Below, one piece after another: positions 8,819 to 18,273 of a DNA stretch of 64,000 nucleotides. The stretch is from Phycisphaerales bacterium. Its GTDB lineage: Bacteria > Planctomycetota > Phycisphaerae > Phycisphaerales > UBA1924. Below the pieces are notes generated by a model, which was not told where the DNA came from, did no database searches, and saw only the letters and a list, made by a program, of their open reading frames with translations. A program made the position numbers and the translations under genes. The stretch covers positions 138-64,137 of the forward strand of contig JAYVRG010000050.1 of the NCBI GenBank assembly GCA_043776515.1. The letters run 5' to 3'. Numbering within the stretch: position 1 is the first letter of the stretch; each line of letters begins with the position of its first letter.

Positions 8819-9478
8819 ATGACTGCCGCCGCGTCGCACGCCCTGCATGATCGCTGGAACTCACTCTGCGAACGGGTGGGGGTGTTCAAGTCGGCGCACG
8901 AGAGCGATGTGGCGTTTGAGATGCTCTGGACGCTGTACGGAAATCCACCCAGGAAGTATCACACTCTGGAGCACATCGGGCAGGTGCTGGGGGCGTTTGA
9001 CTCGGCGCGGATGCTGGCGGATGAGAAGGATGTGGTGGAGTTTGCGATCTGGCTGCACGACTGCGTGTACTTCGCGGAGCGGCCCGACAACGAGGAACGC
9101 TCGGCGGACGCGGCGGGGATGATCGCGGGGCTGCTGGGCTGCGGGGCGGAGTTTCTGGCACTGGTGCGCCCGTGCATCATGGCGACGCGGCACTCGAGCG
9201 TGCCGGAGAAGGGGGACGCCGCGCTGGTGGCGGACCTGGACCTGACGATTCTGGGGAGCCCGCGCGAGGAGTACGACCGGTACGCCGCGGCGATCCGCGC
9301 GGAGTTCGCGTTCGCACCGGATGAGCAGTATGTGCCGGGGCGGATCGCGTTTTTGCAGCGGATGGTGGATAAGGAAAGGATTTTCCACACGCCGCATTTC
9401 TTTGCGCGGATGGAGCGGGGGGCGCGGGGGAATCTTTATCGGGAGATGGATGGGCTGGAGAAGATTGCGAAGGGGTAA
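8819..9478 (+). CDS. HD-domain metal-dependent phosphohydrolase-like protein
   Basis: It carries YHTLEHIGQVL and AIWLHDCVY (H...HD motif). The length and layout resemble the small predicted HD phosphohydrolase family. Confidence 0.7.
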   Translation: MTAAASHALHDRWNSLCERVGVFKSAHESDVAFEMLWTLYGNPPRKYHTLEHIGQVLGAFDSARMLADEKDVVEFAIWLHDCVYFAERPDNEERSADAAGMIAGLLGCGAEFLALVRPCIMATRHSSVPEKGDAALVADLDLTILGSPREEYDRYAAAIRAEFAFAPDEQYVPGRIAFLQRMVDKERIFHTPHFFARMERGARGNLYREMDGLEKIAKG

Positions 9479-9521
9479 AAGGGCTGTCCGCAGAAAAGAA
9501 TGATTCACTCAGATCGCTCGG

Positions 9522-10775
9522 CTACGGCTTCCGCTTTTTTGTGTCTTTCTCTTCTGGTACGGCGGACTTGGATGCCCATTCGGATTCAGCGACTGGGATA
9601 CGTTCCATTTTCCAGATATCCTGGGTCGGGTTCCCCCATGCCGCGGTGTCCAGTTCTTCCTGCTGCGGGATTGTCAGGGAATCACGCAGCGTCTTTGCCA
9701 GCGATGTCGTCGTCTTCGATCCTTTCTGCTGACGGCGTGCCTGTTCGGATTGCTGCGCCGGTGCTTGGTCTTCCCGCATGGCGGCTGAATCGCGTTCGCG
9801 AAGCTCGGCGAGAGCCATCGCAAAGACGGCGTCATCAGCATCGACGACCAGTTCCTCGAAACGGCTTTTCTGATCCGGGGTAAGCGAAGGACACTGCATG
9901 ATCTGCTTGATGCGAGGGTCGTTCGATGGGCGTGAGAAGACGCCGTTGAGTTCCATGCAAATGCGCTGCCGAAGGAATGCCCGCTGGCCCTCTTCCGAGA
10001 GAAGCCGCTGGATGACACCCGCGGTCTTGACGTTCAATCTGAGAATCTGCGCGGTTCCGAGTTCGGGGTGCGTCCATAATGTCGTGTCGTACTCGCCGGT
10101 CGGCTCGGCCTCGGCGTTCAGTTTGGCAAGCACCTCCATCCGCCGAATGAGCAAGGGATCGAGTTCAAGGTCGTAGCGGGACAACGCCTCCTCGATTGCT
10201 GCACTATCGGCGGGGCAGAGTTTGAGTACCCGAACAATCAGACGCGGATTGAGGCCGAGACCGAACGAACTGCCGTACGGGTCAACAAGCAGGCGACGCC
10301 GCCATCGCTCGAAGCCCGGCCAACTCGTTTCACGTTGAGGTTTCTCCAGAACCGCCATGAGATCCGAGAGTGCTTCGCGCTCAATGCCCGCGATGACTTT
10401 ATTGGTCGCCAGGGCTGCCCTTTGATAGTCGGCCATGTAGGTCTTGTACTTCTCGGCGAACGCCTCACCACCCTCGTATGCGCCTTGCTGAATAGTTTCA
10501 GTCTGCTCGGTGAACTTTCGGACGAGATTTGATTGCTCACGGCGTGCCCGCGCACACGCCGCCTTCATCAGCGATTCCGCGGCCTGCTTCTGGGCGTCGG
10601 AGAGTTTGGCGAGCTTGTCCAGCTCGGCAAGGTCTTGGGCGCAGAAGAGCGCGTGGCCGATCACGGTGTATTCGGCGAGCGGTTGCTGAGCGGTGGCCCG
10701 AACCGGCTGGGACGCGATGATCGCGACACATAGGACGAAAAGCAGTATTCGCGGGCATAAGAATCGCATTGGCAT
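9522..10775 (-). CDS. Hypothetical secreted all-alpha protein
   Basis: Signal peptide MPMRFLCPRILLFVLCVAIIASQPVRATAQ begins at the internal ATG 10775. I recognise no motif. G+C is visibly lower than in neighbouring genes. Confidence 0.6.
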   Translation of the reverse strand: MPMRFLCPRILLFVLCVAIIASQPVRATAQQPLAEYTVIGHALFCAQDLAELDKLAKLSDAQKQAAESLMKAACARARREQSNLVRKFTEQTETIQQGAYEGGEAFAEKYKTYMADYQRAALATNKVIAGIEREALSDLMAVLEKPQRETSWPGFERWRRRLLVDPYGSSFGLGLNPRLIVRVLKLCPADSAAIEEALSRYDLELDPLLIRRMEVLAKLNAEAEPTGEYDTTLWTHPELGTAQILRLNVKTAGVIQRLLSEEGQRAFLRQRICMELNGVFSRPSNDPRIKQIMQCPSLTPDQKSRFEELVVDADDAVFAMALAELRERDSAAMREDQAPAQQSEQARRQQKGSKTTTSLAKTLRDSLTIPQQEELDTAAWGNPTQDIWKMERIPVAESEWASKSAVPEEKDTKKRKP

Positions 10776-10906
10776 CTCCCGGCATTGCCCCGCCCCGAGG
10801 CATGTTGTCGGCGATGGTGGTACCGGTGGGGGCGTGCAGGGTTGAGGGTTTGTAAAGCGTTGTGGAGACACTGGAAGGCATGGTGGCGCGGGTACAAGCA
10901 AAGGCA

Positions 10907-10951
10907 TCAGGGCCGCGGCGGCCCGGACATGGGCTGGTAAGCCCATGCCAC
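10907..10951. repeat. REP-like double hairpin (family-2 unit)
   Basis: tcagggccgcggcggcccgga is followed by catgggctggtaagcccatgccac. Confidence 0.8.
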
Positions 10952-10962
10952 TTTTGGCTCGA

Positions 10963-12495
10963 TCAATCGGGCACAATCGGCTTGTCTAGCAGCATGAGGT
11001 CTTCCATGCCGGGGAGCGGCTTGGGCTCGCTGAGGGCGAGAGCGGTGGCCATGACTCCGTGGAGTTCGATGTTGTCGATGATGGAACCTGGTCCGACTCC
11101 AATGAGTTCCGAGCCGGGGCCGGTGGCGGTGACTTCGACGTAGTCAGCGGTGTGGTTGGGGCTGATGAAGGCGACGCCGAAGCGGTTGGCGAGGATTGCG
11201 CCCAGGACGCTGGTCCACTTGTTGGTCTCGATGAAGGGCATGACGCGGTGGTCTTGCATGGTTTCTTCGAGGAGCAACTGGTCGCCGGGGGTCAGCTCGT
11301 GGCCGGTGGCTTCCAGCACGGCGGGAACCATCTTGGCGACGCGGTCTTTCGCGGGTTTGATGTCGGCGATCTGGGCGGCGATCCAGTCGAAGGACTTTTT
11401 CGCGCCTGCTAGGTTTGCGAAGCCGGTGTTTCCATCCGCGCCATACAGCGTCAGGCCGGGGTTGGCGTTGGCGTGGTCGGTGGTGATGATAAGGAGCGTG
11501 TCGTCGCGGCCCTTCATCCACTCCAGCACGGCGGCGATGGCTTGGTCAAACTCGACCTGCTCGCGGACGAGCGAGCCGGCATCGTTGTTGTGCGCGGCGT
11601 GATCCACGCGGCCGCCCTCGATCTGCAGGACGAAGCCATTTGGGCTTTTTTCCAAGCGGGCGAGCGCGACGCTAGACATCTCGACCAGTCCCGGACGGGT
11701 GGCGTCGCGATCGAGCACGTACGGGACGTGGCCGGAGGCGAACAGCCCCACGAGGCGGCCGTCGGGTTTGGCGGCGCGGAGTTCGGTTGCGTTGTTCACG
11801 AACTGCACATCGGGGTGTTTGCTGGTTTCGGATTTGGGCAGGTATGTGCGGCCGCCGCCGAGGGCGACGTCGATGCCGCGCTCTAAGAGTTGCGAGCCGA
11901 TCATGCCCTCGTAATCGCGGCGCGGCGAGTTGGCGTAGAAACTGGCGGGCGTGGCGTGGGTGATGCGGGCGGTGGTGACGACGCTGGTGGCCTTGCCGGA
12001 TTGCCTGGCGTGGATGAGGATCGGCATGAGTTGGCGGCCGTCGGGCATGACGTTGATGCAGCCGTTGTTGATGTGGACGCCGCTGCCCCAGGCGGAGCCG
12101 CCTGCGGCGGAATCGGTGACGAGGGAATCCAGCGCGTGCGTGCGCATGGTGGCGCGGCGGACACCCTCGCGCCCCCAGAGCGACATCCACGCGCTCCCGC
12201 CGGACCAGTTGGCCCACGCGGGGCCGGAGCCGGTGTGGCGGATCATCATGTCCGCGAGCGTGAGGGTGCCGGTGGACATGCCGTCGGCGACCATGAAGAT
12301 GACGTTTCTCGCGCGCGAGGATCGCGGAGAAGTGGCGGGCGGCGCGGGAGGTTGGGCGGCGAGTAGAGCGCGGGCCGGGAGCATGACACCGGCGGCGAGG
12401 CCGATGGCCGCGCCGGCGCGGAGGAGGTCGCGGCGGCCCAGCACGGGGAAGCGGTGGTCGGGGTGGTGGTCGAGACGGTCTTGGTCGGAAGACAT
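10963..12495 (-). CDS. Alkaline phosphatase (PhoA family) with a Tat signal
   Basis: Twin-arginine leader RRDLLRAGAAIGLAAG is present, with NVIFMVADGMSTGT (active-site Ser region), RVDHAAHNNDAG and ITTDHANANPG. Confidence 0.85.
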   Translation of the reverse strand: MSSDQDRLDHHPDHRFPVLGRRDLLRAGAAIGLAAGVMLPARALLAAQPPAPPATSPRSSRARNVIFMVADGMSTGTLTLADMMIRHTGSGPAWANWSGGSAWMSLWGREGVRRATMRTHALDSLVTDSAAGGSAWGSGVHINNGCINVMPDGRQLMPILIHARQSGKATSVVTTARITHATPASFYANSPRRDYEGMIGSQLLERGIDVALGGGRTYLPKSETSKHPDVQFVNNATELRAAKPDGRLVGLFASGHVPYVLDRDATRPGLVEMSSVALARLEKSPNGFVLQIEGGRVDHAAHNNDAGSLVREQVEFDQAIAAVLEWMKGRDDTLLIITTDHANANPGLTLYGADGNTGFANLAGAKKSFDWIAAQIADIKPAKDRVAKMVPAVLEATGHELTPGDQLLLEETMQDHRVMPFIETNKWTSVLGAILANRFGVAFISPNHTADYVEVTATGPGSELIGVGPGSIIDNIELHGVMATALALSEPKPLPGMEDLMLLDKPIVPD

Positions 12496-12691
12496 GCCGG
12501 ATCATTCGCAGCGCGGCACGAGGGCGCGGCAGGGTTTGCGCGATCTTGGCTCAAATTGCGTTCATGGACGTGCGTAGAGACACCCCACCGCAGTATTTGT
12601 TGCGTGCGATCGGATAGACCATGATTGACATCGCGTGCGTATCCACGGGATTCGCTCGCCCCCCCACCAGCATCGCTCATCCCGGGCGTGC

Positions 12692-14239
12692 TCAGTTGGA
12701 CTTGCCCACACCGACCTGTTCGCGGATCGCCGCGAGTTCCGCGGCGGTATGCACGGGCTTGCCAGCGAAGAGTTTCTCGAGTTTGGCCATGAGTTCCTTC
12801 TCCTTGCCGGGGAGATAGCCGTTTTCGATGTCGGCGATGTTGCCTTCCTGATCGATGATGACGACGCACGGGATCGAGTTGGTGGTGACAAACGCCTCCG
12901 CGGCCTTGCCGGCGACATCATTGAACTGACGGATGGTGATGTCGCGGCGGGCGAGGAAGGGCTTGACCTTGCGCTCGTCGCCGGCGTGTTCACGGTTCAT
13001 GCCGATGAGGACAAAGGGCTTGTCGGCGTACTTCTGCTGGATCATCTGCATGGAGGGGAGCGAGGCGCAGCAGGGGCCGCACCAGGTGGCCCAGAAGTCC
13101 AGCACCACAACCTTGCCCTTCATACCGGGAATATCCACGGTTTGCGGCGGGAGGTCTTTTCCGGCCTCGTCCTTGCCACCGAAGTCCAAGCCAACCAGCG
13201 CCGGCGCGGGCTTGCCGATCATGGCGATCTGGTCTTTCACGCCGGGGTGGATGACGAAGATGAACTTGTCCACCTTGCGATCCTCAGGGCCGGGCTTGAA
13301 GACGAAGGTTTCGGGTGCGATCTTGGGGTTCAGCTCGCGCTTGTAGGTGGTGGTGGTGCCGACGGCGAGGTATCGGGCGGCCTTCTTGGGCACGGCCAGC
13401 CCCTCGCTGTCTTCGGCGGCGATGCGGTCGGCCATGTCCTGATACATCGCAGTCATGTTCTGACGAGTGACGTGGATCAGATGGTCTTCATCGGAATAGA
13501 AGCGATCAAACTCGTAAGGGTTGCTTCCGGGCTGACGATCATCGGTCGCAAAGCCGTGGACCCAGATGCCGGCCTGGCCGCCCTCGTCGCCGTTGCGGAG
13601 ACGCTCGACGGAGCTGATGCCGCGAAGGGTTTGCTCGAGCGACATGCCGGGGCGCAGGATGGGCTCGCCGGGGATGCTGCGAATCTGGCCGCTGGAGAGT
13701 TGTTCGAGGGTGTCGCGGAGCAGCCACAACTCGGGCATGGGCTGCTGCACGTATTGCTTGAGCCACTTGCTGTAGACGATCAGGGTCTGGCCATCGGCGT
13801 AGGCCTTGACATCTTTGTTCTCGATGAAGAGCTTGTTGGGTTTTTCCACGGCGTAGGTGGTGGTGAAGTCCTGCTTGATGGGCTGCTGGCTCTCTACCTC
13901 GTGCTGCCAAGTTGAAACGCTCTCGCCCTTCAAGCTCTTGAGCGCCTTGACGATCTCGAGTTCCTTTTCGAGAATCCAGCGGGCCTCGGTCCAGATTTCA
14001 ACCTTGCGCTCGGGGGCATCCATGTTGGGCCGGTCGGAGAGCTTCTTCTCCGAGCCGGGCGGGTTCAGCGCGGGCTTCTCGGCGGTGGGTTCGGGCTTGG
14101 ATGGGGCGGGCACGGGGGGGGTTGCTTTGGGTGCTGGCGTCGAGGGCTGCGCCAGCACAGGCGCGGCCGCGATGGCGAGACCGGTGGCGGCGAGCAGCGC
14201 GAGCAGAGCGGCGGGGCGCGGGGAGGAAGAACGGTTCAT
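12692..14239 (-). CDS. TlpA/ResA-like thiol-disulfide oxidoreductase fused to an N-terminal LolA-like domain
   Basis: Signal peptide MNRSSSPRPAALLALLAATGLAIAAAPVLAQ is present. The C-terminal thioredoxin fold has VVVLDFWATWCGPCCASLP (CxxC). Confidence 0.8.
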   Translation of the reverse strand: MNRSSSPRPAALLALLAATGLAIAAAPVLAQPSTPAPKATPPVPAPSKPEPTAEKPALNPPGSEKKLSDRPNMDAPERKVEIWTEARWILEKELEIVKALKSLKGESVSTWQHEVESQQPIKQDFTTTYAVEKPNKLFIENKDVKAYADGQTLIVYSKWLKQYVQQPMPELWLLRDTLEQLSSGQIRSIPGEPILRPGMSLEQTLRGISSVERLRNGDEGGQAGIWVHGFATDDRQPGSNPYEFDRFYSDEDHLIHVTRQNMTAMYQDMADRIAAEDSEGLAVPKKAARYLAVGTTTTYKRELNPKIAPETFVFKPGPEDRKVDKFIFVIHPGVKDQIAMIGKPAPALVGLDFGGKDEAGKDLPPQTVDIPGMKGKVVVLDFWATWCGPCCASLPSMQMIQQKYADKPFVLIGMNREHAGDERKVKPFLARRDITIRQFNDVAGKAAEAFVTTNSIPCVVIIDQEGNIADIENGYLPGKEKELMAKLEKLFAGKPVHTAAELAAIREQVGVGKSN

Positions 14240-14543
14240 GCCGGACCTTTCAAGAAACCAGCTTCGACAACAGCAAACTCACGAGAACAGCCAAATGACG
14301 TGGGCAGCCCAGGGCAACGATGGCCGCGTCGATAAGAGTGTACGGGAGCCGGAACGCCGGGTTCACGCAGCGGCGAGGCGAACGGGGACAATGCGCCGTC
14401 CGTGCCGCCCGTGGCAAAGGCGAAGCGGGGCAAACGCGGAAATATCCCCATCGCGGACGCGACCGGGCTGGTTATTGGTTGCCGAGAGTCGAACCGGGAC
14501 TAGCCGATCCCATACAACCTGATACAGTCCACAGCTGCCGCGC

Positions 14544-15614
14544 ATGGATGCACCCGCCACACCATCTTCGTCCACACCCACCCCCCCACCACCCACACCG
14601 GGTCGCGGGGGCGTAGGAGCGACGAGTGCGGGCGCGGCCCGACTTCCGGAGGTCGATGCGCAGTTGTATCTGCACCCGCAGACACTGGCGCGGCTGGGGA
14701 CGCTGGAACTGCGGGCGAAGATGATCGTCGAGGGCGTGATGACGGGGGCGCACCGCTCTCCCTATCACGGCTTCTCCGTCGAGTTCGCGCAGCACCGGCC
14801 GTATGTGGCGGGCGATGACATTCGGCACCTGGACTGGAAGGTGTACGGGCGTTCCGACAAGCTGCACCTGAAGCAGTACCAGCAGGAGACGAATCTCGAC
14901 CTGGTGGTGTTGGTGGATTGCTCGGGGAGCATGAACTACGGCTCGCGGTCGTTTGAGTCCGCCAGTGGCATGGGGCGGACCGTCTCGCCGGATGGGCGGA
15001 ACTACTGGAGCAAGTACGATCACGCGACGGCGATCGGGGCCGCGCTCGCGTATATGTCCCTGCACCAGGGGGACCGGGTCGGGCTGACGGTGTTCGCCGA
15101 TGAGGTGAAGCACATGCTCAAGCGGACCAGCGCGATGAGCAGTTGGCGGCAGATTGTCGGCGCGCTGGCGGGGCAACCTGTGGACAAGCCAACGAACATG
15201 GCGCGGGTGATCGATCAGGTGCTGGGCAAACTCAACAACCGCTGCCTGATCGCGCTGGTGAGCGACCTGTTCATTGATCCGGAGGACTACCGGACGGCGC
15301 TGGCTCGCATCCGGCACAAGCGGCACGACCTGATCGTCTTCCAGATCGTGGACAACCGCGAGAAGGAACTGGACATGAAGGATGTCGCGCCCTTCGAGGG
15401 GCTGGAAGGCGAGCCGAAGATTCGCGTGGACCCGCGGGCGATCCGCGAGGCGTACAAGGAAGTCTTCGCGGAGCATCTGGCGAAGATCGAGCAGATCACG
15501 CGGTCGTTCAACTTTGATTATCAACTGGTGACGACGCACGACTGGCTGGGGCCGCCGATGGCGGCGTTTTTGGCGAAACGGAACTCGCAGATTAAGAGGA
15601 GTAAGTTCGGGTGA
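14544..15614 (+). CDS. DUF58 domain protein (vWA-like, MoxR-associated family)
   Basis: GAHRSPYHGFSVEFAQHRPYVAGDDIRHLDWKVYGRSDKLHLKQYQQETNLDLVVLVDCSGSM matches the family. The Pro-rich N-terminus leaves the start uncertain. Confidence 0.85.
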   Translation: MDAPATPSSSTPTPPPPTPGRGGVGATSAGAARLPEVDAQLYLHPQTLARLGTLELRAKMIVEGVMTGAHRSPYHGFSVEFAQHRPYVAGDDIRHLDWKVYGRSDKLHLKQYQQETNLDLVVLVDCSGSMNYGSRSFESASGMGRTVSPDGRNYWSKYDHATAIGAALAYMSLHQGDRVGLTVFADEVKHMLKRTSAMSSWRQIVGALAGQPVDKPTNMARVIDQVLGKLNNRCLIALVSDLFIDPEDYRTALARIRHKRHDLIVFQIVDNREKELDMKDVAPFEGLEGEPKIRVDPRAIREAYKEVFAEHLAKIEQITRSFNFDYQLVTTHDWLGPPMAAFLAKRNSQIKRSKFG

Positions 15615-15712
15615 AGAAGGGATCAAGGCATCAAGGGATCAAGGGATCAAGGGAACGGCGCGGCGATGTCGCGGCTGCCGGCCTCGATCCCTTGATCCCA
15701 TTTCCCTCGATC
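15613..15712. repeat. 8-nt-period microsatellite (GGGATCAA x4) plus a partial inverted copy forming an imperfect long hairpin between the DUF58 and BatA-like genes
   Basis: gaagaagggatcaaggcatcaagggatcaagggatcaaggga is at 15613-15656, and the inverted tcgatcccttgatccc...ccctcgatc is at 15684-15712. The repeat overlaps the DUF58 stop codon (15612-15614). Confidence 0.75.
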
Positions 15713-15729
15713 ACTTCGGAGGATCGCCA

Positions 15730-18273
15730 ATGACCTTCCTCCACCCCGCTCTCCTCGCCGCCGGGCTCGCGTGCATCGCGATTCCGATCATTATCCATCT
15801 ACTGATGCACCGCAGGCGCAAGCCCGTCATGTGGGGGGCGATGCGGTTTCTGCTGGAGGCGTACAAGCGGCAGCGCCGGCGGATCATGCTGGAGAAGTGG
15901 CTGCTGCTGGCGTGCCGCGTGTTGTTGATTGCGCTGGTGGCGCTGGCGATCGGGCGGCCGCTGCTGGGGCGGCTGGCGCCGGGGAAGCCGGGGAAAACGA
16001 TCTACATATTGATTGACAACTCGCTGACTTCGGGCGTGCGTGATGGGTCGGGGGCGACGGCGCTCGCGCGTCACAAGCAAGCGGCGAAGCAGGTGCTCAA
16101 GTCGCTCCGGTCGCTCGCGGCGTCGGGGTCGGAGGCGGATCGCGTGGGGCTGATCTCGCTCGGCGGGCCGGCGGAGGGGCTGGTTGTGCCCGCGTCCGCG
16201 AATCTCGGGTCGGTGGAGACATTGATCGACGCGGTGGAAGCGACGGACTCGAAGGCGGATTTCCCGGGCGCGCTCACGCTGCTCTCGGGCTCGCTCTCGC
16301 CGGTGGAGGGATCGGGGCTGGCCGCGCCGCGCCCGGATCGCTCGTTTGTGGTGCTGCTCTCGGACTATCTGGATGGCTCGCTTGATCTGGCGGCGACTTC
16401 CACGGATGCCTCGCAATCACTCGGCGGCGTGAAACTTCCCGATGGTGTGCGGCTGATCTCCTCGACGCCGAGCACCGAAGCCGCTTCCAATATCTCTATC
16501 ACCGCGCTGGAGCCGCTGCGCTCCGTGCTGGTGGACGCGGCCAAGGGCGCAGGGGCCACCGGGAACGCGGACCTTTCCGAACTGGTGCGCATCATGCTGC
16601 GGCGATCTGGCGATACCTCGCAGCCCGCGATCACCACTGTTCGAGCACGCATCGCGCCGATCGGCGAGGGCGAGGACGCCGCGCCGCGGGCGGAGAATCC
16701 GAGTGAGCGAGCGGTGGTGCGCTGGACGGCGGGGCAGGACACGGCCGTCGCCGTGGTGCCGGTGCGGGCGGATCGGAAGGCGACCGGAAAGTCGGGGGCA
16801 TCTGGGACATCGGGGGGGTCCGCCGCGGCGGTGATTGTGGCGAGTATTGATGATGATGCGCTTCCCGCGGACAACCGCTGGCGACGACCTGTGGAACTGC
16901 GCGATGCGCTGCGCGTGGGCGTGATCGCACCGGTGCGCTTCGGCAAGCCGGAGCGGATCGATAAACTCGATCCCGGTGCGTGGGCGCGGCTGGCGCTCGC
17001 GCCAGCGGGTGAGAACTCTGGCGTGGATGTGATCGACATCGAGCCAGCATCACTGGACGCGGCGCGGCTGGCCGCGCTGGACGCGGTGGTGCTGCCTCGG
17101 CCCGACTTGGTTCCGGAGCAGACGTGGGCGCGGCTGAAGCTGTTCATTGATTCGGGCGGGCTTGTAATCGTCACGCCGCCGCCGGGCGTCACCGTTCACC
17201 TGTGGGGCGACGCGATGAGCAAGTCGCTCGGGCTGGACTGGACGGTGGCCCGGGAATCGCAGGATGCCAGCGGCAAGAAACTGCGCCGGGGCACGCCGCC
17301 ATCGACGACACCGAACACCGAAGCGCCGTCGTCGCTGCTGAATCTGGTCGAGGGAGAGCTGGACGATCTGCTCTCGCCGATCACGGTGCTGCGAACGCTG
17401 CCGATGTCGAGCGCGCCGGATTCCGGCGAGGCGTTGTTGCGGCTGGATGACAACTCCGTGCTGATGTGGGCGGGCACGCCGGGCGCTGCCGATTCCAAGC
17501 CCTCCGCTGCTTCCAACAAATCCGATATCCGACATCCCACATCCGACATCTCCCAAGGTCGTGGGCTGCTGATCTATCTCGCGGTCGCGCTGGATCTGGA
17601 ATGGTCCGACCTGCCCGCGAAGCCGCTGATGGTGCCGCTGGTGCAGGAAGTTTTGCGCCAGGGAATCGGCAAGGCGCGCGGGAACTGGACGACGATCGCG
17701 GGCTCGCGCCCGGCGGTGCCGACGCGCACGGCGGAGCTCCAGGAACTCGCGGACCCAGCTCGCGCCGGAAACGATCGCCCCAGCGGCGGGCGGATTCGCG
17801 TTGATATCTCCGGCCCGAATGCACTCGCGGAGCCGGTGCGACGCGCCGGGTTGTGGCGCGCCGTGGATGAGCGCGGCGCGAGCCGCGGCGTGATCGCGGC
17901 GAACCCTGATCCGCGTGCGGGGCGCGCACAGACGCAGACGAAGGACGCGGTGTCGGCCGCGCTGAACAAGATCGCACCGGGACACAACGAGGGCACGCCG
18001 GGCGCGGGAGCAGGCACACCGGACGCGATCGCGTGGCTCCCACCAGATCATGCGATCCCCGGCGGCGCGGCCGTCGCGAGCATCAACGACACGATGGCGA
18101 CGGTCTTCGGTCGCGCGGACTCCGGATCGCCGATTTCGTGGCCGCTGCTGATCGCCGCGCTGCTGCTGGCGCTCACTGAGATCGTGCTAGCCCGTCGCGC
18201 CAGCCACGCGGATGTCGCGGCCGTCGCGCCCGCTGGCTCCATCTCGCTCGTGCCAAGCAAGGAGGCCGCGTGA
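15730..18273 (+). CDS. BatA-type N-terminal double-transmembrane domain protein (847 aa)
   Basis: MTFLHPALLAAGLACIAIPIIIHLLMHRRRKPVMWGAMRFLL is the aerotolerance-regulator N-terminal motif. A GGAGGA ribosome-binding site is at 15718-15723, and there is a C-terminal TM segment. Confidence 0.8.
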   Translation: MTFLHPALLAAGLACIAIPIIIHLLMHRRRKPVMWGAMRFLLEAYKRQRRRIMLEKWLLLACRVLLIALVALAIGRPLLGRLAPGKPGKTIYILIDNSLTSGVRDGSGATALARHKQAAKQVLKSLRSLAASGSEADRVGLISLGGPAEGLVVPASANLGSVETLIDAVEATDSKADFPGALTLLSGSLSPVEGSGLAAPRPDRSFVVLLSDYLDGSLDLAATSTDASQSLGGVKLPDGVRLISSTPSTEAASNISITALEPLRSVLVDAAKGAGATGNADLSELVRIMLRRSGDTSQPAITTVRARIAPIGEGEDAAPRAENPSERAVVRWTAGQDTAVAVVPVRADRKATGKSGASGTSGGSAAAVIVASIDDDALPADNRWRRPVELRDALRVGVIAPVRFGKPERIDKLDPGAWARLALAPAGENSGVDVIDIEPASLDAARLAALDAVVLPRPDLVPEQTWARLKLFIDSGGLVIVTPPPGVTVHLWGDAMSKSLGLDWTVARESQDASGKKLRRGTPPSTTPNTEAPSSLLNLVEGELDDLLSPITVLRTLPMSSAPDSGEALLRLDDNSVLMWAGTPGAADSKPSAASNKSDIRHPTSDISQGRGLLIYLAVALDLEWSDLPAKPLMVPLVQEVLRQGIGKARGNWTTIAGSRPAVPTRTAELQELADPARAGNDRPSGGRIRVDISGPNALAEPVRRAGLWRAVDERGASRGVIAANPDPRAGRAQTQTKDAVSAALNKIAPGHNEGTPGAGAGTPDAIAWLPPDHAIPGGAAVASINDTMATVFGRADSGSPISWPLLIAALLLALTEIVLARRASHADVAAVAPAGSISLVPSKEAA

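Noticed and set aside
14471-14540. A tRNA-like fragment on the minus strand (..ggatcggctagtcccggttcgactctcggcaacca) that could mark an integration site.
   Set aside because: The T-arm has a central mismatch. No acceptor 5' strand, D-arm or anticodon arm can be folded upstream. It does not match the 3' end of the real tRNA-Arg at 54163-54236.
17533-17550. An 18-mer, catcccacatccgacatc, inside the BatA-like ORF that resembles 46524-46541 (catcccacatccaacatc).
   Set aside because: It is a single pair with one mismatch and low-complexity composition. A rough expectation for such a match in 64 kb on both strands is close to one, so it is compatible with chance.
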